From: a virus
Lineage: Duplodnaviria > Caudoviricetes
Strand: one strand, 5' to 3'
Length of the DNA stretch: 64,000 bases
IMG/VR virus record: IMGVR_UViG_3300027792_000002
Location: 617-64,616 of that record
Every line of letters begins with the position of its first letter. Position 1 is the first letter of the stretch. Positions 27,655 to 39,013 of this stretch are shown here, piece after piece. A model generated the notes under the pieces. It searched no databases, had not been told where the DNA came from, and worked only from the letters and a program-made list of their open reading frames with translations. A program made the translations under genes and the position numbers.

Positions 27655-30600
27655 GCAATTTAATTACCAAAGAAAAACTTATTGACGAACCGGGGATAAT
27701 GAAGTCCCTGAAAAATATTGCCAATGGGATAAAAAAATTAAATACTACCATTGAACAAATTGGCTCGTCTGGGAAAAACGTATCTTCTTTGGTTAAACTT
27801 GCAAAATCCTTGAACGACATAGCCACAGCAACAGAAAGGGTAAAAACAAATAGCGAAAGGTTAGCATCGACAACTGAAAAATTAACAAAAGAGGAGAAGA
27901 ATTTTTTGGAGTTGATGAATAAAATCAACAATGCTGAAAGGATAGCCGCAAACGCACAGGCAGCAAAAACACGGGCAGACATAGCAGAAACAAATGCCAT
28001 AAAAGCCAAAACACAGGCTAAAATAACAGATGAAAGGCTGACACAAGCCCAGATACGGACAACAAAGATGTCAACGGATGCAACAGCAAAAAAAACATCA
28101 TCCTTGACCAACCTAATAAAATCAATAGGGGTTTATGCAGCCGCTATGTTCGGTATCAATAGGCTCATCCAATTTTTCTCCCGCGATTTGTTGAACCTTA
28201 TAAGGCAACTGGATTCATTGGGTTTTGCAATGAAAACAATTATAAAGGATTCTGGTGAGTTCGCACGGACACAGGCATTCCTTTCAAAGACTGCCATTGA
28301 TTACGGTATGGATGTATTGACTTTGACGGAAAGGTATATAAAATTCAGGGCAGCATCTATGCAATCTAATATGTCTGCATCCGACACGATGAATATCTTT
28401 AATTCGCTTGCAAAGGCAGCAGGGGTATTGGGGCTGAAAACAGACGAAGTAAACGGGGTATTCCTTGCATTGGAACAGATGATTTCAAAAGGGACGGTTA
28501 CCACCGAAGAGCTTAGGAGGCAATTGGGCGAACGTCTTCCGGGTGCGTTTGGTATTATGGCAGATGCTTTGGGGGTTTCTGTAAAAGAACTGAATAAGAT
28601 GTTAAAGGCTGGGTCGGTATTGTCTTCCGATGCTTTGCCTAAATTTGCTGTTGCCTTAGAAAAAGCTTATGGCATAGAAGCTATAAAAAAAATAGACACC
28701 CTTGCTGCCGCACAAGGAAGGTTAAAAACAGCATGGGTTCAATTTATAGATTCGCTGAATATTTCCAATTTATATAAAAATATTATATCAGGAATAGCAG
28801 ATACTATTTCAGACTTTGGCGATATAATAAAGTCAAATTCTAAAACATTGGCAGAATATTCAACAGAAATAAATGAATTAGATAAAAATTTAAACCCGCT
28901 TCTTATTACATATAAAGAATTAAGCATAAAGCAATCATTATCTGAATCAGAGCAAAAAAAATTGAATGAAACTATTATGGGCATAGGGAATGTAGTACCT
29001 TATGCAATAACAAAATTTGATGAATATGGAAATGCTATTGAAATAAATACTGATAAAATAAATGAATACAAAAAAGCCATTAGTGCTATGTATTTAGAAG
29101 AAAATAAAAAAGTAATATCGACTAAAGAAAAAGAATTAAAAAGAGCAAATGAAGAATTAATAAATTTAGAAATAAATTTGAAAACAATAGATATAACATC
29201 TCCGGCAGTTAAAGCAAATATGAATTGGACGGTAAAAAGAATGGAATTGCTTAATCAAAAAATAGCAACAACAAAAAACTCTATATTAGGATTAGAAACG
29301 CTTTTAAAAAAATTAAAAGGAGAACCATTGCTTCCAGATGAAAGCTCTGGGATAAAAATGTTCGATTCGTCAGATGTAGAAAAACAGATAGATGCAACAG
29401 AAAAAATGTACAAGGAATTTTCTTCTGTCAATAGAAAGGAATTAAATAAAGAATCACTTGACTTATTGATTGAACTTGAAAAAAACGGCAAAACATTCAA
29501 AGATTATCTGAAAAATAAAATCAAAGAGAAGGATAGCCAAATCAAAGAATCCGATGAACAATATAAAAAAGAAAAAGAGTTATATGAAAAATACCGCGAT
29601 GGAATAGAAAAAGTCGATGATGAAACCCTTGCAAAACAATTTAAACGTTACGAAGATTCTGGCATTGTTGTAGAAGAATATTCTAAAGCACAATTTGCGT
29701 ACCAGATTAAACTAAATGAACTTGTAAACAAAGGGGCAAAAAAATCATCACAAGACAAGTTGAAAATAATGCAAGATGAACAGGCTGCCAAACGGGAAAT
29801 AATGGAGCAGGGATTTGAGTTGGAATTATCTAAAATGGATACGGAAGGTGAAGCAATGCTACTTAAACAATTTACTTTTGGGCAAAAATTATTGGAACAA
29901 AAGAAGCTCGACTTAGAGGCTCAATTAGAATTAGTAAAAGGGGACAAGGTTTTAGAAGCCGATATTTACCGCCAAATAGAAGCAACAAAGACACAAATTG
30001 CAATCGATGGCAATAAATACAGGATTGCAGCACAAAAACGTGCAGATAAAGAAGCTTCCGACAAGTTTATGTCCGACTTAGAACATAAAAACAGCGAATA
30101 CGAAACGGCATTGACCATCCAATTAAACAACGACCTTAAAAAAGTCGCAAGCGCAAAGGATGCACAGCAGAAAATGCTGGATTTGGAATATGAATACAAC
30201 CAAGCGGTTTTAAAATACAGGAAGCAGGAATACCAAGCCGCGATTGACGGGGACAAGATTACTGTCGAACAAAAAGAAAAACTGAAAGAACAGATAGACA
30301 AAATAAACCAATCGCTTGCTGAAAACAGCGTAAAATACACAAAGGATTCCGGGAAAACAGAAGTCAAAGACCAAAAGCAGAAAATCCGCGACATGGGGGA
30401 TATGGTCAACGAAGGCTTTAATTTCAGGAACGCCTTATACGAAGGTTTTCTTGAACGCGCACAAGAAGCATACGACCTAGAAACAAAGATGGCCGGGGAC
30501 AACGTAGAAAAACAGATTATAGCCAAACGCAAATTCGAGAAAGAAGACAAAAAAATAAAACGCCAAATGGCTATTTCCGACAAGCTACAAGCATTGTTCA

Positions 30601-31037
30601 ATATCGGGCTTACATTGGCAACAGCGAGTGCAAAATTAAATACTTTCCAGATCGCAGCAGCAATTTTGGCTGCTGCAACCGTAATTGCTACCCCTATACC
30701 TGCTTATGCAAAAGGGGTTGAAAATGCGGAAGATATGTTTTTTGCAGGGGAAGAAGGGAGCGAATTGATACTAAAAGACGGAAAGGCTACGATAACCCCC
30801 AATAAAACGACTTTATTCAAAGGGTTCGGAGGGGCGGAAGTATTGCCCCACGATGAAACGCAAAAGTGGCTGGCGAATTATGCCATGAAACAGTCTTACG
30901 ACATAATAGACATGTCGCAAACGAACAGCTATTTGAAAAGCATCGACAATAAATTAGGGGCAAAAACAGAAACAAGTATTTTGCCCAACGGGAAAATAAG
31001 GATTAAACGGGGTCATGTAATAAGTACGATAGGATGA
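27651..31037 (+). CDS. Tail tape measure protein
   Basis: 1128 aa helical; ALEQMISKGTVTTEELRRQLGERLPGA; AGEEGSELI. Confidence 0.92.
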   Translation: MSNLITKEKLIDEPGIMKSLKNIANGIKKLNTTIEQIGSSGKNVSSLVKLAKSLNDIATATERVKTNSERLASTTEKLTKEEKNFLELMNKINNAERIAANAQAAKTRADIAETNAIKAKTQAKITDERLTQAQIRTTKMSTDATAKKTSSLTNLIKSIGVYAAAMFGINRLIQFFSRDLLNLIRQLDSLGFAMKTIIKDSGEFARTQAFLSKTAIDYGMDVLTLTERYIKFRAASMQSNMSASDTMNIFNSLAKAAGVLGLKTDEVNGVFLALEQMISKGTVTTEELRRQLGERLPGAFGIMADALGVSVKELNKMLKAGSVLSSDALPKFAVALEKAYGIEAIKKIDTLAAAQGRLKTAWVQFIDSLNISNLYKNIISGIADTISDFGDIIKSNSKTLAEYSTEINELDKNLNPLLITYKELSIKQSLSESEQKKLNETIMGIGNVVPYAITKFDEYGNAIEINTDKINEYKKAISAMYLEENKKVISTKEKELKRANEELINLEINLKTIDITSPAVKANMNWTVKRMELLNQKIATTKNSILGLETLLKKLKGEPLLPDESSGIKMFDSSDVEKQIDATEKMYKEFSSVNRKELNKESLDLLIELEKNGKTFKDYLKNKIKEKDSQIKESDEQYKKEKELYEKYRDGIEKVDDETLAKQFKRYEDSGIVVEEYSKAQFAYQIKLNELVNKGAKKSSQDKLKIMQDEQAAKREIMEQGFELELSKMDTEGEAMLLKQFTFGQKLLEQKKLDLEAQLELVKGDKVLEADIYRQIEATKTQIAIDGNKYRIAAQKRADKEASDKFMSDLEHKNSEYETALTIQLNNDLKKVASAKDAQQKMLDLEYEYNQAVLKYRKQEYQAAIDGDKITVEQKEKLKEQIDKINQSLAENSVKYTKDSGKTEVKDQKQKIRDMGDMVNEGFNFRNALYEGFLERAQEAYDLETKMAGDNVEKQIIAKRKFEKEDKKIKRQMAISDKLQALFNIGLTLATASAKLNTFQIAAAILAAATVIATPIPAYAKGVENAEDMFFAGEEGSELILKDGKATITPNKTTLFKGFGGAEVLPHDETQKWLANYAMKQSYDIIDMSQTNSYLKSIDNKLGAKTETSILPNGKIRIKRGHVISTIG

Positions 31038-31807
31038 TATTGGCGCAATTGAACATATTAGGGTTTTACTCGGTTAAGGCTTCGAGGCAATGGGACAATA
31101 CCGCAAACAAAGAATTGCATATTGTTTTCCTCGAAACGAACCATGTCCCGGCAGTACAATTGGCAGTAAGCGCAGGGACGGCAGCTACTATACAGCTTTA
31201 TACATATTTGGACATAGCTGCTGGCGACCCTATAAATATGGTAGTAACAGACCTTACGGATTACGTGAGGCTCAATTATTTGGGCGAAACATTGACGGGC
31301 GGCGATGTCTTGACGGACGGGTATTATTATATGAAAATCACCAATGGGGGATATTCTTATTATTCTGATATGTTCGCATGGACTTCCGATGTCACGGAAT
31401 TATTGAAGGTTTCGGCAGTTTCTTCTAATATAAGCCATGGCGGGTATATATTCGATTTGACTAATTTTACTTATTTGTGCTATTTAAACGCCGAAAAATT
31501 AACCCCGCAACCGGAAAATGAAGAGGATGCAGAAACGGACAATGGGGTTGTTTCGCCTTATTATTCCAGTTTATCAATAACTAGGCAATGGAAGGTCTGG
31601 GGGTGCGAACACATATATTTGTTTTTATTGAGGTTGAGGCAATTCGATACAAACGGGACGGTTACAATAACATGGAATTATATTGCATATACGGCAAACG
31701 ATATATTGGTAGAGATAGAAACAGACCACGCGGATGGCGACTTATTGGACATATCATTGAAGATAAAGCCGCCTGACGAGGTAACGAAAGTAATAAACAC
31801 TATTTGA
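31034..31807 (+). CDS. Putative distal tail protein
   Basis: Immediately after tape measure. Confidence 0.55.
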   Translation: MILAQLNILGFYSVKASRQWDNTANKELHIVFLETNHVPAVQLAVSAGTAATIQLYTYLDIAAGDPINMVVTDLTDYVRLNYLGETLTGGDVLTDGYYYMKITNGGYSYYSDMFAWTSDVTELLKVSAVSSNISHGGYIFDLTNFTYLCYLNAEKLTPQPENEEDAETDNGVVSPYYSSLSITRQWKVWGCEHIYLFLLRLRQFDTNGTVTITWNYIAYTANDILVEIETDHADGDLLDISLKIKPPDEVTKVINTI

Positions 31808-34422
31808 TGGAAGGCAGCGTTTACATAAAATTTGGCATTACAGGGACTTATTTCCAAGTCGATCCTGAAAAAGTGAACCCGTTCAGCGATGAGTTGATTG
31901 ACGGGATGCCTATCAAGCGCAAAAAATGGGACAAGGTAATAATCAAGAACAAGCCTTACAATTATAGCAATTTAGACCTTGAAACCGCCACAGAAGCAGA
32001 AATAAACCGGGAGAAGCTTTATGACGTGATAATGGATACCTCCCCGACTACCGAAATATACATAAAGTACATTGCACCCAATTTGACAGAAATAGAAGGC
32101 TATTTCGGGGTAATAGACTGCGAAATAAACGACTATAAGACATTCATAACCATAACGCCTACCATTTACGACCAATACACTGATTTCCTTGAAAACAGGG
32201 AAACCAAAGTAAATGTATTCGGCGGCAACGATTTAATTGTAAACGGCAATTTCGACAGTTGGACAAGCGGGTTGCCAGTAGGGTGGGAATATGAATATAA
32301 CGAACCTGAATTTAATTCTGTATTAAGTAAAAATTGTGCATCATTATTAGCAAAAACCAGATTTACTGATGTAAAATCAATTATATATCAAAATATTGAA
32401 AATATACAAGAAGGCAGTAGTATTTTATTTAGTTTTTATTATGAATTGATCGGAGAAGATGATGTTAAAGAAAATTTAGGGTTGCGTATTAAATTAACAG
32501 ATGGCATCAATACCAAATATGCAAGCAGGGATGGCAATTGGGGAGATGATGAAAACAAATTTAATTATGTAACCAATAAAACAGCAATACCAGAATCAAG
32601 TCTTTCTTCTTTTAAATACATACAAATAGTAATCGACCCTGCACCAATAAGCGGTGATTTAGAAATTAAATTTTATCACGAATACAATACTACAACATGG
32701 TTTGAAAGCAATTTAATTATTTCTAATGTAGAGGCATATTCTTCTGATATACCTTTTATAGACCTTAATCTTCAATTGCTCGCAGACAACCTTGTAATAA
32801 AGCCGCAAAATGAATTGCAAAAAACAGACGGCTCTTATTTCAGCCGCTTTTGGGCTGACCCTGTGGTATGGAGGTTGGTAGGCAGCGACCCGGAAGTAGA
32901 TTTATTGGATTATTTCGATGAAAACGGAGTACCCGAAAGCGCATATTTGTCGCATGGGCAATATGGGCCACGGGAAGAGGAAGGGCTGTATTATACGGAT
33001 TTGATTACAGAATTTGACACAGATGACGAACATAGCAAATTTTACAAAGGAGAAATTTGCAAATTGACTTTGTATAAAGGGAAAAGGTATGGCTCTGCGA
33101 CAAAAAAACATAGGCACATAGAAGCAATCGCAGAATTTGCAAGGGATGAATACAGGAAAGTTGACGAACCGGACGGGGAAGGCGGGTATGTGCCACCAGA
33201 AGAAGATGTTGGCTGGGTGCGGACTGTGGACAAAAACGACAAGGGCAATTTGTGGGTACGCAAACCGTTCAATGGGGTAGTCACAGAATGGTCTTTAGGG
33301 GAATTGAATACAACAAGTGGCAGGATAGGAAGTTTTGACTATATAGAATCATTGGTATCAACCAAAGTTTACCCATATAATGAATCTTCGATAGAACTAA
33401 GCGCAGGTGTGGATTTTAAAGAAATTGTAAAAAAGGTTTACAGGAGTACCCATTCCTCTTTAGCAGGGAAAGAAGTATATTCTACTTTCTTTTGGGGTGA
33501 CGAACCAGCAGGGGCTTATACCGATGCTTTGAAAGAACATATCCCTAGGTATTCTTCCGGGATAAATTATTATACGATGGAAGACAATTACCTTTCAAAA
33601 ATTGCCGCTATACATACGTTTCAATTCAAGACAGACAAATCGGAAGATTCTGATGATGCGACTTTGTATTTGAGTTCAAAAGATGTCCTTGATAATTTAA
33701 TGAATTTGCCAGCGCATTTATTTTGGTTTATAGACGCAGACAAAAATTTGCATATAGAACATATTTATTATTTGGACATCATAAACGACTTCGTAAACCT
33801 CGAATCTTTGCCTGATACTTATAAAGCATGGAAGTACGACAAAGAAAAAATGTTTGCTACAATTGAACACAGGATGGCAAATTCCGGGTATTCTGATTTT
33901 TCGTTTACCAAATTCACGTTCGACAAAATTGTAACGAATAAGAGAAACCAAGATATTAAAAGCAATAAAAAAACAGAATATTTGACTACTGACATCCAAT
34001 ATTGCATAGAAAACCCGGATGATTTGGAGAACGGTATCGTATTGGTAAATTATGAAACAATAGGCGGCGAAAACAATGTAAAATACGGCACTGGTTTTAT
34101 TTCAGGCAAATCTATACCTAACGGGCTATTGTCTTTGTCAAACCTTGCAAAGACATTCGGCGATTATGAAGGTACATGGGAAAACGGGAAAATAAACGAT
34201 GAAGACGTAGAGTTCAAATATACTTTGCGGGTAAAAGAAGGGCTTGAAGAAATAAATTTATCAGGGGTATATGAAGAGGATTATTATTTGAACGATTTAG
34301 GGATAGGATTTGCAAAAACAAAAACTATCGACTACGAGAAGGGGACTACCACGGTAAACCTTGTTTATAGGTATGTCGATTGGTATATAATTGTTGAAAC
34401 TGACAATATAATTGATATGTAA
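31804..34422 (+). CDS. Putative tail tip/hub protein with carbohydrate-binding-like insert
   Basis: 872 aa; LIVNGNFDSW...PVGW; LHIEHIYY. Confidence 0.6.
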   Translation: MMEGSVYIKFGITGTYFQVDPEKVNPFSDELIDGMPIKRKKWDKVIIKNKPYNYSNLDLETATEAEINREKLYDVIMDTSPTTEIYIKYIAPNLTEIEGYFGVIDCEINDYKTFITITPTIYDQYTDFLENRETKVNVFGGNDLIVNGNFDSWTSGLPVGWEYEYNEPEFNSVLSKNCASLLAKTRFTDVKSIIYQNIENIQEGSSILFSFYYELIGEDDVKENLGLRIKLTDGINTKYASRDGNWGDDENKFNYVTNKTAIPESSLSSFKYIQIVIDPAPISGDLEIKFYHEYNTTTWFESNLIISNVEAYSSDIPFIDLNLQLLADNLVIKPQNELQKTDGSYFSRFWADPVVWRLVGSDPEVDLLDYFDENGVPESAYLSHGQYGPREEEGLYYTDLITEFDTDDEHSKFYKGEICKLTLYKGKRYGSATKKHRHIEAIAEFARDEYRKVDEPDGEGGYVPPEEDVGWVRTVDKNDKGNLWVRKPFNGVVTEWSLGELNTTSGRIGSFDYIESLVSTKVYPYNESSIELSAGVDFKEIVKKVYRSTHSSLAGKEVYSTFFWGDEPAGAYTDALKEHIPRYSSGINYYTMEDNYLSKIAAIHTFQFKTDKSEDSDDATLYLSSKDVLDNLMNLPAHLFWFIDADKNLHIEHIYYLDIINDFVNLESLPDTYKAWKYDKEKMFATIEHRMANSGYSDFSFTKFTFDKIVTNKRNQDIKSNKKTEYLTTDIQYCIENPDDLENGIVLVNYETIGGENNVKYGTGFISGKSIPNGLLSLSNLAKTFGDYEGTWENGKINDEDVEFKYTLRVKEGLEEINLSGVYEEDYYLNDLGIGFAKTKTIDYEKGTTTVNLVYRYVDWYIIVETDNIIDM

Positions 34423-34424
34423 TT

Positions 34425-34832
34425 ATGAGTTTAACGCAGACACGGCCTAAAGATTTGGTTGCATACGACCCTGATGCAGAGGGCGCACCCGATGTTACGG
34501 AATTAGAGTTCGTAGTTGACCACAGCACTTTTGCGAAGCCAAAAAGTTTTAGCCAAATGGCAATGTCGAGTTTGTTGGGGCATATAGAAAAAGATAGGTT
34601 GACAAATTTATCTAGCGCATCTGTAAGCGTGGTGTTCGGGTCTGCTTTTTCTTCTGTTCCTACTGGCGAAGTGCGAGTTTATAGGATGGACCCAATGGAC
34701 GGCGGGTATATAAGGCAAATGGTAAATTGGGTATTTGACGATATAAACCAGCCTTCAACCACTGGGTTTAATTTGACTATTAATAGTTCAGAAAGTTTGA
34801 CTGGGGTTGTTTTAGAATATAATTTTCAATAA
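34425..34832 (+). CDS. Putative minor tail protein
   Basis: VVFGSAFSSVP...STTGF H-lectin/gp53-like pattern. Confidence 0.5.
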   Translation: MSLTQTRPKDLVAYDPDAEGAPDVTELEFVVDHSTFAKPKSFSQMAMSSLLGHIEKDRLTNLSSASVSVVFGSAFSSVPTGEVRVYRMDPMDGGYIRQMVNWVFDDINQPSTTGFNLTINSSESLTGVVLEYNFQ

Positions 34833-34835
34833 AAT

Positions 34836-37601
34836 ATGAAAAAATTAATTATTGCTATATTATTTTTAGCTGCTTCGGTTTTTGCACAGGCACAAATCAA
34901 AGGATATACGGTAAGGGGGACTATATCTGTTACGGCTGATTCATTGTTGGTATTCAACGGCGACACGCTAAAGGGGACTACCCAGATCGCATTGACGGAT
35001 ACATTGGTGGTCACTGCCGATTATTTGGCGGCGCAATTGGCAGCTTCTGGCATGGATTCGCTTTACTTCAACCCCAATTCAGGGTATATAAGCGCATACA
35101 ACAACGGGGCGTTTATTGATTCTGCAAGCATAGACGACAGGTATCTATTATTGTCTGCTTTCGGGGACAGCCTTTCCGTGCATTTTTTAACGGAACTTGA
35201 TTCAACTGGTTTCACGTTAGGTGCTTCGCAGGTAACTGATTTCCAAAGTTCGGTAGAGGCTTATTCCATAAACGAGGAAACCTTGTTTATAGGCGATTCT
35301 GCGAACATAGTCCATTGGGGGGACACTGTTTCGGATATTGCGACAAAATACGATATAGATACTATTGCCCGGTTTTCTGGGGACTATGGCGATTTGGACA
35401 ATATCCCTGCAACGTTTGCCCCGGCAGTGCATGGCAATGAGGCGCATACGGATACTTATATATCCGTAGAATTGGACGGCGACCCGACAAACGAATTGCA
35501 GGACTTGACACCTTATGTCCAATATACGGATTCCGGTACTGTATTCCCGACAGTTTACCAATTGGATACGGCAAAGGCGAACATCCGGGGGGAAATTCCA
35601 GATACTTCCGGGCTTTGGCATTTAAACAGAAGTGTTTTGGATTTGATAGAATCAGCTTATTTAGATGCAGATTCTATAAAATTGGCTGGCATAGAAGCAG
35701 GGGCGACAGGCGACCAAACAGGGAGTGAAATAGAGGGGTTATTAGATACCGAACTTGCAAATACTGATTGGAAAAAAGCCATCGGGATTGTAGCCGGGAC
35801 GGTTGCGGCTGGTGATGATTCCCGTTTCCACGATTCTGTCACCGTATCCGGTGAGGATTACGCAGCGATAGCAGGGAATCAAAACATTGTTTTTTCAGAG
35901 GTCGATACTTCAAATATAAATACAGCGAATTTTATTTCTTTGATTGAGGCAAATTCCGGGAGTGCAAGCAATACGGAGAATGTTACACAAACGGCACATG
36001 GTCTGTCGGTCGGGGATTGGATAAAGCATGACGGGGTAAGCTATTCGCTTGCACAGGCGGATGCAGCAGCCAATGCAGGGGTTATCGGGGTGGTGTCAGA
36101 CAGTGTTGATGCAGACAATTTCACATACCAGTTCGCTGGGGTTTATTCTGGTGGGACGTGGACATTGGGGGCTAACTATTTCCTTTCTGTCGATAACGCC
36201 GGGGTTGCTGAAACTGGCATAACCTATGTATCCGGGAATATCCGGGTATTCGTGGGGACAGGGGTCGCCGGGGGGCTTCTATTGGAAATTGACGTAGGTA
36301 CGGAAATAGCGGCGGTAAACCCGTCAGTGGATTCATTGATAGCGGGGGACTTGGTAGATTTGAACCAAGGTTCTGGCGATGTTACAGTAAGCGTTGACTT
36401 GTCGGAACTTGTAGGTGATGAAACTGCTGCGTTGACGGATTCTATACCATGGATAGATGCAAGCACCGGGCAAAAAAAGATGCTTTTAAGCACCCTGAAA
36501 ACTTTAGTTGCTGATGGTACTGGTACGGATGACCAAACAGCAGCAGAAGTATCAATAGCAGATGCAGGTGGCATAATCACAGCAACCGATGTAGAGGGGG
36601 CTTTGCAAGAAAATAGGACTGCAATTAATTTGAACACGGCGAAGGTTACCAATGCAACCCACACAGGCGATGCAACCGGGGCGACAGCCTTAACGGTTGT
36701 CGCTTTAAACGGGACTAATCTTGCAGCACTGGGGACAGGGTTGATAAAGAATACTACAAGTACTGGGATACCTTCGATTGTAACCGACAATTCAAGCAAC
36801 TGGAATACCGCTTATACGGATAGGCTGAAATGGGACGGCGGGGCGACAGACTTAGTGGCTGCAACGGGGAGGACTTCGTTGGGGGCGACAACGGTTGGTG
36901 GTAACCTGTTTACTTTGACAAACCCTTCAGCAATAACATTTTTGCGTGTAAATGCTGACAATACGGTTACCGCCCAGAGTGCGGCTGACTTCAAAACATC
37001 GCTTTCTTTGAATAGCGTGGAAAACACGGCAATATCCACTTGGGCTGGGAGCGCAAATATAACAACTTTAGGGACGGTGACTTCCGGGACTATCGGGGCA
37101 AGCTCGGTACTCGGAGGGGTTACGATGACATTGGGTTCTGATGCAGATGGGGATATTTATTACAGGAGTTCCAATGTTTTGACAAGATTGGCAAAAGGGA
37201 CTGCAACCCAAGTGTTGACGATGAACGCAGGTGCAACCGCCCCGGCTTGGTCAACTGTTTCACAGGATAACCATACCACGCAGACATTGACTGTCGGCAC
37301 TGATACTTTGGACTGGGTTTCCGGGGCTGATGGCTACATAAACGAACTTTCGGGCAACGCTACTGTAAAAGTCCACAATGTCCCGGACGGCAAATCAGGG
37401 ACTATTCTAGTAATCAGGGATGCGACAAATACCGAAACATTCACGGTAAATGTGTATTCGGATGCTGGGAGTACGGAACTCACCCAGAAAATCATCGGGG
37501 CAAACAACGCTATCACGGGTACTGCAAGCAAAAGCAGCACTATCACATATAAACGGTTTGGCACAAACGTAACATTGGTATATGGGCATGAATACGAGTA
37601 A
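34836..37601 (+). CDS. Tail fibre-like protein with signal peptide
   Basis: MKKLIIAILFLAASVFAQAQ; KLAGIEAGAT fibre repeat; modules shared with 39010-41964. Confidence 0.7.
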   Translation: MKKLIIAILFLAASVFAQAQIKGYTVRGTISVTADSLLVFNGDTLKGTTQIALTDTLVVTADYLAAQLAASGMDSLYFNPNSGYISAYNNGAFIDSASIDDRYLLLSAFGDSLSVHFLTELDSTGFTLGASQVTDFQSSVEAYSINEETLFIGDSANIVHWGDTVSDIATKYDIDTIARFSGDYGDLDNIPATFAPAVHGNEAHTDTYISVELDGDPTNELQDLTPYVQYTDSGTVFPTVYQLDTAKANIRGEIPDTSGLWHLNRSVLDLIESAYLDADSIKLAGIEAGATGDQTGSEIEGLLDTELANTDWKKAIGIVAGTVAAGDDSRFHDSVTVSGEDYAAIAGNQNIVFSEVDTSNINTANFISLIEANSGSASNTENVTQTAHGLSVGDWIKHDGVSYSLAQADAAANAGVIGVVSDSVDADNFTYQFAGVYSGGTWTLGANYFLSVDNAGVAETGITYVSGNIRVFVGTGVAGGLLLEIDVGTEIAAVNPSVDSLIAGDLVDLNQGSGDVTVSVDLSELVGDETAALTDSIPWIDASTGQKKMLLSTLKTLVADGTGTDDQTAAEVSIADAGGIITATDVEGALQENRTAINLNTAKVTNATHTGDATGATALTVVALNGTNLAALGTGLIKNTTSTGIPSIVTDNSSNWNTAYTDRLKWDGGATDLVAATGRTSLGATTVGGNLFTLTNPSAITFLRVNADNTVTAQSAADFKTSLSLNSVENTAISTWAGSANITTLGTVTSGTIGASSVLGGVTMTLGSDADGDIYYRSSNVLTRLAKGTATQVLTMNAGATAPAWSTVSQDNHTTQTLTVGTDTLDWVSGADGYINELSGNATVKVHNVPDGKSGTILVIRDATNTETFTVNVYSDAGSTELTQKIIGANNAITGTASKSSTITYKRFGTNVTLVYGHEYE

Positions 37602-38424
37602 GGTTATATTTGGGCTATTGTTGTTCTCTTTCTACTCTTTCGGGCAGGACGACATGTTTTATTTGGCGGGGCAAAGCGGGTTTACTTACGACCTAACCGA
37701 TGGCTTGATCTCCCTTTGGGAGCTTGATGAAACAAGCGGGACAAATGCTGCTGATGCACATGGGAGCAATGACGGGACTTATACCAATAGCCCAACTCTG
37801 GCTCAAAGTACGGTTGCAAACTTGGGCTATTCCTGTCAGCTTGACGGGACTAATGATTATGTGCAAGTAACTAGCAATGTAACGGGTTATGCTTCAGCAA
37901 TAACTATATCAAGTTGGGTTAAGCCAACAGACAATGCAAATAAACATATATTTTTCCTAGTTAAACGCACATCATCAGATGTTGAATGTTTTCAATTTTA
38001 CAAATATAAATCTACTTCTGCAATAACGTTTCATCAAAGCGCGGCTAATTATGCTAATTCAACGAGTACGCTAGCAATAACTAACAATGTTTGGTATCAC
38101 ATAGCTGTAACATACGATGGAAGTTATGTTAGATTCTATGTGAATGGTTCGCAACATGGCAATGCGGTTGCAAAAACTTGGACGTTTTCAGAATCGGATT
38201 ATGATACTTTTATTGGAACTGACAATGCTGGGAATTATACGGCTGGGTATTTTGACCAAACAGCCATTTGGGGGAGGGCTTTGTCTGCTGATGAAATGAC
38301 CTTCCTAAACGATAGCCAAAGCGGCCGCCCTTACGTGAACTTCACAGCTTGTACCCATATGTTGTGGGATGACTTGCTAGATAGGAAATTTGGGTTTAAA
38401 TCATTATTAAAAATAGCAAGCTAA
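37582..38424 (+). CDS. LamG/ConA-like lectin domain protein with signal peptide
   Basis: WYHIAVTYDGSYVRFYVNG, IWGRALSADE. Confidence 0.85.
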   Translation: MGMNTSKVIFGLLLFSFYSFGQDDMFYLAGQSGFTYDLTDGLISLWELDETSGTNAADAHGSNDGTYTNSPTLAQSTVANLGYSCQLDGTNDYVQVTSNVTGYASAITISSWVKPTDNANKHIFFLVKRTSSDVECFQFYKYKSTSAITFHQSAANYANSTSTLAITNNVWYHIAVTYDGSYVRFYVNGSQHGNAVAKTWTFSESDYDTFIGTDNAGNYTAGYFDQTAIWGRALSADEMTFLNDSQSGRPYVNFTACTHMLWDDLLDRKFGFKSLLKIAS

Positions 38425-38425
38425 A

Positions 38426-39013
38426 ATGAAAACAATAAAACTAAAAATAAAAAGCTTTTTACATGATTTAAAATTAATGCTTAAATATTTAGCCATGAAA
38501 ACACTAGTCGTAATATCAATGATATTCTTAGCCTATAATATACAGGCTCAAACAGTAGAACAGTTAAAAACTTATGTTGACAGCCAGAAAACAACCGTCA
38601 ATGAAAAAGTTGGCGAAAAGTGGCAGCCAATTTATTCAGACAGCACGTATTACCGTGCAAAGGCGGGTGATTCGATCTGGTATTCTCAGGAATCGCAGGA
38701 TTTGTCATTGAAAGGGAAAGCATTGAAAAATAGTTGGTCGAAAAATGACACTGTCTATGTCCCCCAGATTACCCGGCACTCATTCCAAGAGGAATGGCTA
38801 TACAACGGGGTTGTCATATATAAACAAAAAATAGGCATATATGCAAATGTGGTGAAACAAAAACCCCAAAAAGAACAGTTGATAGACTGGCTTAAATATG
38901 CCAAAACAAACGATATAAAAAGCAATAATGTTATATTGATAGGCGACTACATATTAGGTAAAAACCAACCTGTCATACAACAGGACAGCATAATTAAAGA
39001 AATCAAGAAATGA
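38426..39013 (+). CDS. Hypothetical secreted protein
   Basis: MKTLVVISMIFLAYNIQAQ (internal start likely). Confidence 0.6.
   Translation: MKTIKLKIKSFLHDLKLMLKYLAMKTLVVISMIFLAYNIQAQTVEQLKTYVDSQKTTVNEKVGEKWQPIYSDSTYYRAKAGDSIWYSQESQDLSLKGKALKNSWSKNDTVYVPQITRHSFQEEWLYNGVVIYKQKIGIYANVVKQKPQKEQLIDWLKYAKTNDIKSNNVILIGDYILGKNQPVIQQDSIIKEIKK

Noticed and set aside
28740-29500. AT-rich segment within tape measure (similar at ~32320-32780)
   Set aside because: Frame is intact with no element ends or intein motifs; probably ordinary mosaicism.
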